DNA of 56,652 nt, counting the filler, from Sphacelaria rigidula (Eukaryota), in assembly GCA_964200075.2 (NCBI GenBank). It is 5 parts of 5 records of this genome, joined end to end, with 100 filler letters (N's around TTAATTAATTAA, not from the genome) between each part and the next. Parts side by side here need not be neighbours in the genome. Positions count along the whole stretch, not along the records: positions 22,704 to 33,953 come from CAXNAA020005167.1; positions 34,054 to 45,303 come from CAXNAA020005168.1; 3 more parts are not named here. One strand, 5' to 3'. Within the stretch, counting starts at the first letter, position 1. Every line of letters starts with the position of its first letter. Shown here piece after piece: positions 22,966-34,411 of the stretch. The notes under the pieces are model-generated. The model saw only the letters and a list, made by a program, of their open reading frames with translations. It ran no database searches and was not told where the DNA came from. A program made the translations under genes and the position numbers.

Positions 22966-25011
22966 CTACTCCCCCGCCAACGAGTAAAAACAGATGTAGC
23001 AGCTCCGTTGCGAATCACCCTCCAGGGCCTCCGCCTCCGTCACCGAGTCGACGAAGCTGTCGTTGTGGCGCTTCCACCCCCCACCGCTCATCACCTCAAC
23101 CTCGTCGCACTCCCTTCTCGCGACGCCCCCCACCCGCAGACCTTCTTTCTGCGCTTTCCCATGCACACCCGTGTCGCCACTACCGCCCCGATCGACCGCC
23201 CCTTCACCGCTTTGCCGTGTTTTGTCGGTCCTGATGGTGCCAGTGTCATCCCTGACGTCGGTCACGTAGTGGCCGGCAAACGCGTGGCGTCCCAGGTGGT
23301 GCAACACGCTGCGCAACTCGTAGCGAGCACGCAGGGGGGTCTGTCTCGGTATCCTGTGTGGCGAAGCCGTGTCGGTGCTAGCTGCATGGGTTACTACGGT
23401 CGAAGAGGAAGCTACTGCTGCTTCCTCAGACTTTCCTCGACCGGCCGATTGTTGCGTTTGCTGTTGTTGGGGGGAGGAGGCAGGGGGTAAAGAAGCAAGC
23501 ATGTTCTGCTCGGCTATGACTCCGCCCACCTCCAGCGAAGACAATGACGACGACGGTGCCGACGCATTTAGGGGGGCTGTTTGCTCGCTGGAGTTAAGTG
23601 CCGCCACCAGACATTTCAGGAGTCCTTTGCACGCTTCCTCTTTCTGGTCCTTGTTCTCGTCCTTGTCCTCGTCCTTGCCCTTGTCCTTTGTGCTGTTGTT
23701 GCTGCCCCTGCCATTCCCTGCAGTCTCCTCCTCGAACGATAACATGGGCACAACGGCTGGATCTACGACATCGGCGTTCTCGTCATGAACATGACCATCA
23801 CCACCACCATCGCCGTCGCCATCACAGGGGCGACCACCATCATCACCATTTTCGTTTAGAATAGCCCGACGTCTTTTCTGCCGGCTGCCTCGCCTTTTCC
23901 TTTCCTCTCCTACCGAACGCGATTGTTCCGCATTGTGAACAGAGTCCATTTCGTCTGTAAGCCCTTGAATGTAGTCGGTTAATTTCTTCTGCTCCTGCTT
24001 CTTCTGCCGACGATACTGCCGCTGAATCAGGTCACCCCCCATCACTTCAAGAGGCGGTCCCGTAACGCCGTGGAAATCATCCATTTCGTCCAACAGCGAT
24101 TGAGCAAAGTCCACCATCCGTTTGTGCTTCAGTTGTTGACCGTGCCACTCATAATACCCCTCAAAGCTCTGCGCCAGCTGCTGCACTCGCTCCTGCTGGG
24201 TCAAATCCTGGGACTGTCCGTCACCCTCCACCACTCCAAGAGGGGTCCTGGGGACAACGCTGCGCGCACGCAACCCGTTCAACACAGACTGAGCGAATTT
24301 CCGACTCGACTCATCCCGCGACTTCAGCTGTCCATCACCCTCAACCCCTCCAAGGGGCGAACTGGCGACACGGCTACGCGCGAGCAACTCGTCAATCACC
24401 GACTGCGCAAACTTCCGACTCAACTCATCCTGCGAGTGCAGCTGTCGGTCGCCCTCCACCACTCGAAGGGGCGAACTGGACACACGGCTATGCGCATGCA
24501 ACCCGTCCAACACCGACTGCGCAAGTTTCCGACTCATTTCATCCTGCGACTGCAACTGTCCGTCGCCCTCTACGACCTTACGAGGCGAACTGGAGACACG
24601 GCTGCGAACACGCAACCCGTCCAACACCGACTGAGCAAGCTTCCGACTCGACTCGCCCTGCGACAGGAGCTGTCCCTCACCCTCCACAGCTCTTGTTGAA
24701 AACGTTGTCGTTGCACCGTCAGAAGAATCTGTGCAGCGCGACGATGATTGGACATGTCTCGCTGCCTGGTCTTCCCCCTCCTGGAACTGCTGCTGCTGCT
24801 GCTGCTGCGGCTGCTGTTCTTTGTCTCCACTTGCAGCGGAAGATTTTCCGTGGCCGCATACTTCACAGAGCGATGACGACGGGCCATTGAGGAAGGTACA
24901 CTGGTCGCATGCCCACTCATAGTCTGGCGACGATGTTTCCTGTGCGGGCCCTTGTCCTATGGCGCTCGTCGACGCTGACGAACGAGTGTCCATCATACTC
25001 AGGCGGAGCGC
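22966..25011 (-). CDS. Ubiquitin-specific protease (peptidase C19, USP37-like architecture), last exon: UIM end, RanBP2-type ZnF, 38-aa repeats, His box
   Basis: Acceptor CTACAG|GCG (phase 0); WACDQCTFLNGPSSSLCEVCG; YELRSVLHHLGRHAFAGHYVTDV...WKRHNDSFV...SQRSCYICFY; stop TAG at 22966. Confidence 0.9.
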   Translation of the reverse strand, partial: ALRLSMMDTRSSASTSAIGQGPAQETSSPDYEWACDQCTFLNGPSSSLCEVCGHGKSSAASGDKEQQPQQQQQQQFQEGEDQAARHVQSSSRCTDSSDGATTTFSTRAVEGEGQLLSQGESSRKLAQSVLDGLRVRSRVSSSPRKVVEGDGQLQSQDEMSRKLAQSVLDGLHAHSRVSSSPLRVVEGDRQLHSQDELSRKFAQSVIDELLARSRVASSPLGGVEGDGQLKSRDESSRKFAQSVLNGLRARSVVPRTPLGVVEGDGQSQDLTQQERVQQLAQSFEGYYEWHGQQLKHKRMVDFAQSLLDEMDDFHGVTGPPLEVMGGDLIQRQYRRQKKQEQKKLTDYIQGLTDEMDSVHNAEQSRSVGEERKRRGSRQKRRRAILNENGDDGGRPCDGDGDGGGDGHVHDENADVVDPAVVPMLSFEEETAGNGRGSNNSTKDKGKDEDKDENKDQKEEACKGLLKCLVAALNSSEQTAPLNASAPSSSLSSLEVGGVIAEQNMLASLPPASSPQQQQTQQSAGRGKSEEAAVASSSTVVTHAASTDTASPHRIPRQTPLRARYELRSVLHHLGRHAFAGHYVTDVRDDTGTIRTDKTRQSGEGAVDRGGSGDTGVHGKAQKEGLRVGGVARRECDEVEVMSGGGWKRHNDSFVDSVTEAEALEGDSQRSCYICFYSLAGE

Positions 25012-25353
25012 CTGTAGAGGACGGTGTCGAAAGCAACGGGGGGCGGCCGGGAGAGGCGGGGAGGGGGGACATCGATAATGGCGGCGGCAGCAATCTTCAT
25101 AAAAAAAGACTGCAACATAACCCATCTGTGTACAAGTTGTAACGCATGGACAGCTCAAACAGAACCCGATATCTGTGCAGTCCGACGACAGTTGCATTTT
25201 CAAGAATATGAAATGAACTGAGGACAATCGTTCAAAACAAAAAAACAGGGTACTGTAGTGTGATGGAAAGTTTGAAATTCAATGGCAACGAAGCAAAAAA
25301 AAAAAAAACGACCATGACACCAAACGTAGAACCCACCCACAAAACACTGTTAC

Positions 25354-25761
25354 CTGCTGTAACTCGTCGTCTTCCCTTGCAGCTGCAGCAGCAGTCACAG
25401 CCGCAGCCTCAAGATCGCTCGCTTCGTCAGCAAGAGGGCCACGGGTCCCTCTGACCCCTCCTCTTCCACTTCCAACCCTTTCAGCGGCGATTGCCGTTTC
25501 CATTTTCACCGTGACTGGATCCTCCCCTTCGTCTACCAGACCATGTTCTTCGCCAGACCGCCGCGAGCCCGCTCGCCCTGATAGACTGTCGCTGGCGCTG
25601 GCGCCGATGGTCATCCTCCTTTTCTCCGCGTCCGCTTCGCTTGGGTCGTCCTCTTGACCAATCAGCAGCGCGCGGCCCAGCTCTGATTCGCTATCCACGT
25701 TCAAGTACTGCGAGTGGCTGTTCTTTGCATCTTCTCGCGACGCAGCGATCGCTGCCTGCAA
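25354..25761 (-). CDS. USP gene internal exon with UIM halves at both ends
   Basis: Acceptor CATCAG|TTG, donor CAG|GTAACA, both phase 0; DEEEKKQ|LQAAIAASRED and EDDELQQ|ALRLSMMD become UIMs only after splicing. Confidence 0.85.
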
Positions 25762-26503
25762 CTGATGTGACATGTTTTCGTTTTTATTATGTGTCGACCG
25801 CCAAGATGCAGACAAAGGCACGAAGAGATGCTTGTTTCCAAGTGGATAAACGCACAAACACTGTGGCACCAAGTTGTTGCAGTACGGTACAGTGTGTCCC
25901 AATGCGTGGTTCTATGCGATTGGAAAATAATTAAAAGAATAACCAAAACCGAGAGTAGGTGATATCTATTGCATTTTTCCCTTCCGTTTCTGGCCGGTGC
26001 AGGGTGTGGAAGCTACCTCGGTTATTCGGGTCGCTTGAAACTAAAAATCTATCCAACTCGACATAACGCTGGCAAATGTGTTCGCAACACCTTCAAGCAG
26101 CAGGACGAACCGAGGACATCAAGAAGTCGGGCGTACATAGGGAACAAACGGGGAGGTTGGCTTGGGCGCAAGGAGCTATGGACAGCAGTTTCATGCCACA
26201 GAGAGCTGTTCAGAGGTAGCGCTGGACATGGTTGTCAGTACGTCCAACGACAAAAACACACACACAAAACACAACACACTTATGAGGCAGTTGCACAACT
26301 TCACGACATGCTATTTTCCTCTTGAGGAAATGAAGGAAGGCAGGGAGTCTATGCAACTAAAACTGGCTGCTCTCGTTGTTGTGTGGAAATAGAAAAAGGA
26401 ATTGCAATAAAAGCATCTACACAAGAGAGGAAGGCTGGTACTCTGAACTCCCACTATCGGCCGTTGCGCGTACCCAACACGCGCTGCGCCATCATCACTT
26501 TAC

Positions 26504-26893
26504 CTGTTTCTTCTCTTCCTCGTCCGTCTGAAGCATAGTCAGCCTCCCACCAGGCCGCTTCGCATACCCCCCAGTCATGCCCCCACGCGCAACCGCACCG
26601 ACGGCTATAGCTGACTTCACGTACCCTCCCATCCCCCCATCACCCCGACCTGCCGTGCGGCCGCCGCTGCCGTACCGGCGAGGGTTCAGATGATCGTTTG
26701 TAGGGGAAGGTTTGGATATGGAGTGAAAGTAGTCGATATGGCCTTTGTCGTCCACGAAGACGTTCTTGTTGGCAGGGTGTTGCCGTAAGTCGGCCTTGTC
26801 GCTGCTCATGGTGGCAGTAGTAGCAGGAGCCTTGTTTTCTTGTCGGCCCCAACGGTCGGCCGAACCCGTTGTGCGGGCCTGCTTTTCCTTCTC
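26504..26893 (-). CDS. USP gene internal exon (low complexity, leads into UIM1)
   Basis: Acceptor ATACAG|GAG, donor CAG|GTAAAG, both phase 0; open frame EKEKQART...TDEEEKKQ. Confidence 0.8.
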
Positions 26894-26944
26894 CTGTATA
26901 TATTTTGAGTTTTTGGTAGTGACGCAACGAGTGATGCAATGGCG

Positions 26945-26978
<34 letters not shown>
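26945..26978. repeat. (TTG)n microsatellite in USP intron
   Basis: Direct reading. Confidence 0.9.
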
Positions 26979-27544
26979 CATGATCTATCGGTTGTGGGCG
27001 TGGCGGCGGCAGCGTTGGAATCATGAGATTGGCCCCGGACAGAGGGGGCAACGAACAGCGGAGGGCGTGGGAAGAAGAGGTGGTATCGAAGGCCAAAGGT
27101 TTCGATAGTCATACGACTCGACGCATGCCTTGCAAGAGGGGGATAGAGCTGTAGCTCGGCGACTATCTCCATCTGGTGCTATATTATTATCTTTGTATGA
27201 CGATACTACAGAAAACCATTAAAGTGAAACCCCTGCTCCGTCCTCGGTAGCTGCTTGTTGGAGAAAGGACGGGGGTTGGGGGGGGAAGGAGAGGCGTTGA
27301 AAAGTAGATTATGTTCGCATGGGCACGAGGACAGAAAAAAACTAGTCCTCCAAGGGCTAGCCAACACGGCAGTGGTGATCCCCCACCTCCGCACGGTACC
27401 TCAACCCGGACGGCAATGTCAAGCACATATTTATTTCAGTACGGTCAACCGACCAACAGCGTATTCAAAATAAGAAAAAACAACCTACAGCATTGAACTT
27501 CCCCAAAACAACAGCAAAACAAACATACATCGCCGTCTAATCAC

Positions 27545-28200
27545 CTTCTTGTCCTTCGCCACCTGCAGCGCCGACCGCCCCTTCCGAAGGTTGACATGAC
27601 CCTTGTTTCCACTCGACGACGCCCCTTCACCCCCACTCCCCCACCGCGGAACCGGACTCGCCAAAGAGCCGACTCCGTCAACCCAACCCTCGCTTCTGCC
27701 GCTCCCAACCGCAACACCCGCTCCTACTGAGTTCGCGGACGGTAATCGGGACGGACTTTGCGCCGGGAACGCCTCCTTGCCTCCCTCCTCGTGCTCGACC
27801 CCGACACCTATGAACACATCACCGTCTCGTCCACTTCCCCGAATCCTCTTGTTTCCGTTGCTGGCGCTGCCGCCACCGCCACGGCCATCCCGGTCTCCGT
27901 TTTCTCCCTCTTTCCAGCCCTCTCTTGATGATAAATCTACGGAGATCTCGGCCGAGAATCTTTTCAGTTCGACGCCGCCATCGGCAGATTTGGACTTGGA
28001 ATTGTGCGTGCCGCCCGCGGGGTCGCCAGTGACGTTGTCGCCACTGGAAAACGAGGATGACAAGGAGCTCGGGTTCGCCGTGATGCCCACGGCCTCCAGG
28101 GAATCCACCCGCTTTCGTTTTCCGTCGTTTTTTTCATAGAGTGGTGGGACGGGGAGACGGAGGCGGCCGAAGGAGGCGCGGAAATCAACACACCTCAGTG
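27545..28200 (-). CDS. USP gene internal exon (Gly/Ser-rich disordered insert); 5' boundary uncertain
   Basis: Long open frame ending AKDKK with donor AAG|GTGATT (phase 0, matches next exon); no clear phase-0 acceptor found. Confidence 0.65.
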
Positions 28201-30269
28201 TTGGGTTTGTACTACACAAAATACCTGGGAGTAAAACTGATGTGTACTGCGACGCATATACAAGTCCATCTCTTCGCATGCAAATGCTCATCACGTCAGG
28301 AATTAAGTTACAAGGAAGCAACACGCCGCATTCGTGCTTGTGTCTCACTCCTGCTGAGTTCGAGGGGGTGAGAGTTCCTGCTCAAATAGCGAGGTACCCG
28401 GACAGCTAAATCGCAACCTGCTTGCACGTCTTGGTTCGATTTATTCTTCTGGTTCGTTAGTTTCTGCACGGGATCCTCGCCGGAAGCCATGCGGCAGAGG
28501 CCTGCCGTCTCTTTTCTTTTTTTTTTTGTCCCGGGTAGCGACCAGTTCTTGGCCCGACGTCTTGCTTGTGCTTGTGCTTGTGCTTTCCTTTCCGTTCCCT
28601 TCCTTTCCTTTTCTTTCTTTTCTTCCATCTTCTTATTTTTTTCCGTTTTCGATTGACTGTGTTTCTTTCATTCCGTTTCGTTGCATCTCATCTCGAGTTT
28701 CCTCTACAGTAGGGCGTGTTTCCCCTCACTTGCCTCGGACACATCCATATCGTCGCCACGAACGGCTTCGCGGCGAATCAGTTAATGTGTGACAACCACT
28801 CAAATCTACGGACTCCACGCAAATGATCAAATGAAACAAAATGGGTGAGATTCAAGGCGGCTTTTTCATGTAGTAAACCGCTTTGAAGCGCGTACATCCA
28901 CCCCGAAAAAAGCGTGTTACATGGGCGCAACAGCCAAAAAGGCCCCTAAAACGATGAAAAGAGCGGCAGGCGGAAGAAGCGTCCATACACGAGAGGCGGG
29001 TGTGCGTGAGCGAAAAAGCTGGGGCAATTCATTCCGGAATTCAAGCATTTCCTGGAAGGTTGCTGCTAGCTGTGTGCTACAGTTATGCCCGTGAATGGGG
29101 GGCCTTAGCTACCAAAAATCCGTGGGCAAAACAGGAAAAAATGAATGCGGAGGGATTTTGAAGACGTTTAAAAGACGTCATAGATTGGTCGGACCTGTGC
29201 CGAACCTCTGTCGAACAGAACACACGCTCTATACTAAGTTACCTAGGTTATGTATGCGACAGCTGTAATTTTTCATCGCATATTTCTCGAGACAGGGAGC
29301 ACACCGGTCCGTGGCACTTCACAGCCCCCGGCACACGCACTATACCTACTCAGTACGGCGATGGAGTTGCTCAATTGGCCACAGCGAATCCGAAAAGCCC
29401 CAAAACGTTGAAGGAACGCGTGTTTCAGTACATTTTGTGTTTGGTGCAGCGGTTTGCAAAGTGCTGCGGCCTACGCCGCACACGTTACCGAAACCTGCTG
29501 CCACATTGAAAAGTTCTGGTGTGTGCGAAGCGCACGCATCAAATCGCAGTCCAACCCTCTGCTTCGTTGCCGAGAAAAAATGCGTTGAAAGGTAGGCACA
29601 ACAACATACTGCAACAAGAGGGGCACAACAACACAAGCAGCAGCTTCTATCCTCCTGTTGTTGTAGCCCTGTGTACAGGTGTCTAGTAACGTCAGTCACA
29701 GGTTTGTTGTAGAGTGTACTATAACGTTAGTACATTTCGTATGAGCGCCATCGTCATTTCGAGTGACGCGTGTTCTTGTGGTTGATACTGAATAGCTCAT
29801 TTAGGTTTCACTTTTTCTGCAATCAACTAACTGACTTTGTAGTTGGTCGGTCCATTTTCCTGATATTTAGCGTCCAAAATCAGGCCCCAATTCACGGGCA
29901 TAACAGTCGAAAGTTGTGCTTGCGTGCGCCATCCATAAATTTGACTCTCAATCGCTGGACACCGCACGACGCTTGTTCACCTACGCAAAAAACATATACA
30001 AGAAGAAAAGAAAAAAGAAAACATCTCCACACGCACGCGAGCACACACAAGCACGAGCGCACACAAGCACGAGCACACGCAAGCACGAGCACTTACTCGT
30101 ACAGTACACGCCAAGGTGACTTTTTCGGACAGTGATCACCTGCCGCACCGCGGCTGTAAAACTGCACCAAGCGAGTGAAGCACACGCAACACGAGAAAAA
30201 AAAGCATATAATGGGACAAAATCACGCGCACAGCACAGCACGCACAACACAGGAGCAACACGCACGAAC

Positions 30270-30683
30270 CTGGCCCAGATCCTCCGACGGCGCATTCCCC
30301 GTGAACTCCGTGCAAAACCGCGTCAGGTCAAGCTGTAGTGGCACCAACACGCGCTCCATCGTCTTCTCGTACGAGACTCCGGCAAGCCAAGACGACGCCT
30401 CTGCCTTTCCATTGCTGACGCCGACGCCATCATCGCTTGCTCCTTTCGATTCCCGATTCTCCGCCCCTGCAGATGCTGCCGTTGCCGTCGCTGCCGACGA
30501 GTCATTCTCCATCCCAGTGAGATCTGTGACGGCGGTGGTTGGCACCGACGACGGTGGCGTCGACGGCCGCACGACCGCCTTGAAGCGCTTGATGTGAATA
30601 ACGAGGGTTCCCGGAAGGGCCGCCAGGGAGTGCTCGGCGCATACTGTGTCGTGACCACACCGCTCGCATTTGAGGTTGAGTAC
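30270..30683 (-). CDS. USP gene exon (fingers Zn-ribbon and box 4); upstream Cys-box exons not found
   Basis: Acceptor CGCCAG|GTA; VLNLKCERCGH...LPGTLVIHIKRF...YEKTMERVLVPLQLDLTRFC; donor CAG|GTTCGT. Confidence 0.88.
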
Positions 30684-31437
30684 CTGGCGTTTGGACATGT
30701 AGTGGTGGTGGTGGTATGATGGCGATGTTTTTCACTATACACAGAATTCGGATGATTATTGTCAGCATCAGCAGCATCATCAATCTCAGCATCAGTGCAA
30801 CTTACGATGCCCGCGAGGGTGTGTGTGCGTATGTCATATTTCAGTGTGCTCGTCATACTCCAGAGCGCGTCATACTCCAGTGTATGTGTGACAACCTACC
30901 TCCACAAAGTGTGTGTCGGTAAGATTGGGTTCGAAGACTCTCAGTAGATCATACTTCCAACACCATGACTATTGGGTGATCGTGATTGATTGGAATCGTT
31001 GCGGATAACGTCATGTGCCGGAATCAAACAACCGATTAGCCAACGTACACGCCTCACGCAAGACACGTATAGCCTCATCGGCTACTCTAGACTGAATGGA
31101 TTCCGTAGCGGAAACGTAGAAGCGTTTCCCTGGACATCCATCTTTCTCGTGCTGAGCAAAGAGACACAACGATCACAGCCCATCCTCGGATGGTGCGTAC
31201 AGATGACGGAAATATTGATCGCTCTGTTACGTTCCGTTTTGTTTTGTCGAGGAACTGTGATGGCGTTGGGTGGTTGGCATTTTGCGCTTGCGGTGCACAG
31301 CTAGTGAGTGAAACTCGAATCACGCATCATCACAGTCACGAGTGCGATAGACCGCAGGTGCAAACGACTTCCGTGAGTGAGCTGGAATACCCAGAAAAGG
31401 CGTTGATGAGCCAGAGGCTAAGCAGAATACATCGCAG

Positions 31438-31520
31438 GGTTGGTATTGATCGATTGAGACACTGTTGCTTGATTGTCGCACTTTAACGGGGCCCGCAGGG
31501 ATCCAGCCGTAGTCGCATGA
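31438..31520 (-). mobile_element. 3' tail of (AATC)n-tailed LINE/SINE (subfamily of 10153-10226)
   Basis: gattgtcgcactttaacggggcccgcagggatccagccgtagtcgcatga. Confidence 0.65.
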
Positions 31521-31884
31521 AAAAGACGAATCCAGAATAAAACAAAACTGGAACACTCGCTGAAGAAAAAGAAGGAACAGAAAAGTTGAGCAGAACGGCA
31601 TAGTAGATATAAAAAAAAAAAAAATCATGAACAGTCAGCATCTTCTGACAGTGGGGTGACTTGGATGCATCCATGGATGAATAAAAAAATAAAGTGATGC
31701 CGCCAAACGAGCAAATGATGACAGATACAACGACGGCCATCTCGGAGAGTAAGCGAGTAACAGCAGAAACGTTGGAAAAGAGCAAACACGACACATAATG
31801 CTCGCTCACCTCAGCCAGATACATGTCTACTCCACAGCTTAGTGGCGGTCAAGTCAATCAGTGCTGTTTGCAGGGCTCGTTTAA

Positions 31885-31980
31885 ATTGATTGACTGTTTA
31901 GTTGATTCACCGAATGATCGATTGATTGTCGCCCATGAACTGATCTACTACTCGTACGAATCCAGCCGTGGTTTATTGGA
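31885..31980 (-). mobile_element. 3' tail of a third (AATC)n-tailed LINE/SINE variant
   Basis: Degenerate (attg)n + tcgcccatgaactgatctactactcgtacgaatccagccgtggt; shares the ATCCAGCCGTGGT core. Confidence 0.55.
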
Positions 31981-32507
31981 TACAAAATAGACGCATCTCT
32001 TGAGAAACATAAGCAAGAACCCTCGCTAGGGAAACTCGATGGAAAGGGGAAATATGGAACAGAAAAGGCAGAAATAGACACACCAAAGCAAGTAGAGATA
32101 CTGCATTGGTGGGGGAAATACTACCGTGCCGAGAGAGTTCAGCTTCTCCGAGCGGCAAAGGTGGTGATTGACAAGGGCACTGTTTCTTCCATGAAGGGAG
32201 ACGTGCGCAATATCATTCAGCGACCATCTGAGACACAAAAGAAGGGGACTGTCAGGTAGGTAGCCTGCAACCCTGCAGTGTCTACTCGGCCCTACTGGCA
32301 ACCTAGCTCAACTAGTAGAATGGGATCGGTGATGCTCTTCTTTTTATCCAAATCGAGGTCTTTGTGGTGCCGTCCTTCTTATCGTCATGCGTCATCACCG
32401 TTGTTGGTGCATCTTACGCGTCCGTTCTTCGTCATTGTATTTTTATACAGGTGGTGCAGAGCACTGTGTGCTTCCTTAACCTCCCGTACCCCCTACAAAA
32501 CCATGGG

Positions 32508-32598
32508 CAGGGGGGGGGGCGTACTCATTTCTTGCTTGCCTTAGTCGTTTGACCATTGACCACGCATCCCTTTCGAGACGGCAGGGGGGGGGGGGGGG
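32508..32598 (-). mobile_element. Very short LINE 3' tail with G-runs (C-runs on element strand) on both sides
   Basis: Reverse complement: (C)n-tgccgtctcgaaagggatgcgtggtcaatggtcaaacgactaaggcaagcaagaaatgagtacg(C)n; near-identical to 56290-56361; partial second copy ~32735-32782. Confidence 0.85.
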
Positions 32599-33225
32599 CA
32601 CCCGCGGGGGGGGGGGCCTGTTGGTTTCTGGCCTTCTTCANNNNNNNNNNGGTTGGCGGACCGCGTGTGTGTTGTTGTTTTTCTCCTTGCCGGGCGGCGG
32701 TTCCTTGACTTGGGGGGGGGCGTGTTCATTTGCTGCTTGCCTTCGTCATTTAATCATTGACCACGCATCCCTTTCGAGACGGAACACGTTCCTACTCGTC
32801 ACAAAGACACCTACAACATTCAACATTTGGACACTCAATAAGTTTATTTCATACATTACACAAAAATCATTTACACACCTTTTCCACTTCCTGTTTCGCC
32901 GTCTGTGGCCACCACCTATCTCCTAGTACAGCGATGGTCGTCTCGCTACTGTCTAATGCACCCCACGATTTCATGCCACCTTCGTTTTACTTTCCCACAC
33001 TTCCCCCTCGAACACGCCTCGTCCCTCCTTGTATAGCTCACGTTCTGCCACGATATGAGTTCTAATCTCTATTGCTGCGCCACAGGGGCAATTCTGTGAT
33101 CTACTTCCACCACCCGAATACTGATATACCTCCATCTATATGGCAGGTTCACGTCCTCCACCCGAAATCGTACAGAATAAGGGGAGGGGAGGTGGGGGTG
33201 CAAAAGCAGTGAAACGTACCAGGGT

Positions 33226-33263
<38 letters not shown>

Positions 33264-33411
33264 GCGCCCTCGGGGGGGCGGCCCGGCCACGCCCCGCCCA
33301 CGCCGCGCGAGCCAAGACACACGGCGCCACGGTCCGTGTTNNNNNNNNNNAACAAAAAAAAAAAGGGGGGGGGGGGGGGGGGGGGAAAAAAAGAGAAAAC
33401 AACCAGGGGTG

Positions 33412-33884
33412 CCCCCCCCCCCCCCCCCCCCTTTCAAGGGCTGGCGTCGGTTGGCAGCGACGCTGTAAAACACGCCACTCACTGCGTAAGCAAGGCAACC
33501 AAGTGGCCTTTTTATTCTGTTTGCGTTTGTTTTTTGCGGTAACCATGATGGTGGTCGAGCTATATCATATTGTGCGGGGTGGACAACCCGAACTCCGCGG
33601 AAAGGAGATGATCGTACTGCGTAGTGTTTATATGGTGAGATACCCATGAGGCAGGTACGTGTGTAACCCGTGTCTGTTGCTGAAAGTGGCGATACCAGAA
33701 AATGAAGCAATTTTTGTAAGCTGTCATCCACATGCAGGATAATCACTACGCTTGGGGCCGAACAAGAGTAGGATGCAGCTCACCCTTCATGCGACTCGCC
33801 GAACACATCACGGCGCTGCGTGCTTGGTGACTGCGAGCCTGGTCTGGCTAAAACCCGGCGTGATCAGTTCCGGCTTTGTAGGGC
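33412..33884 (+). mobile_element. Non-autonomous LINE-derived element, 3' tail missing
   Basis: C20 + tttcaagggctggcgtcggttggcagcgacgctgtaaaacacgccactcac...cttcatgcgactcgccgaacac...ggctttgtaggg; homologous to 38054-38570. Confidence 0.85.
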
Positions 33885-33953
33885 TCCTCCGTTCCCCGTC
33901 CTCCGACGAAGGCCATGACCGGTCTTGTCGGTACGGCGTGGGGAGGATCTTTT

Positions 33954-34053
33954 NNNNNNNNNNNNNNNNNNNNNNNNNNNNNNNNNNNNNNNNNNNNTTA
34001 ATTAATTAANNNNNNNNNNNNNNNNNNNNNNNNNNNNNNNNNNNNNNNNNNNN
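33954..34053. other. Artificial scaffold-joining linker
   Basis: N44-TTAATTAATTAA-N44. Confidence 0.98.
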
Positions 34054-34411
34054 AAAATCAAATCGGACACCGTTAAGGGCTCGTATAAACATAACGGACT
34101 TTACTTATGGGACAGAGGAAGTATATAATGGTATCGATCAAACACCATCAACCTTCTGACGCGCAGATATCGACTCAACGACTGCACCGTAGGAACGGGT
34201 TGACATGCACAGTACAAAGACGTCTATCCCGCCCTCGATGGAACAGCAGAGACGCACTACTTCAGGCGGTAAAAACTATGGGGAGCATAAGACCACGTAA
34301 CGACTGGGGTCACAAGACCACCCGACCCGCACTGCTTGCAAAATACTGCAACACCCGCACGAAGGAAAACAGCAGCGAGCACAACTGCACAATACTAACC
34401 GGCGCTGCTGC

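Noticed and set aside
22704-22966. THUMP and USP as convergent neighbours
   Set aside because: They are on different scaffolds separated by an artificial linker
31810-31860. GVDMYLAE|GTGAGC as the upstream USP exon
   Set aside because: In-frame stop a few codons upstream and no convincing acceptor
32580-33430. Poly-G/poly-C ORFs (poly-Pro/Gly proteins) and G-quadruplex-like tracts
   Set aside because: Next to 10-N gaps with degraded duplicate sequence, typical of read-quality collapse after homopolymers
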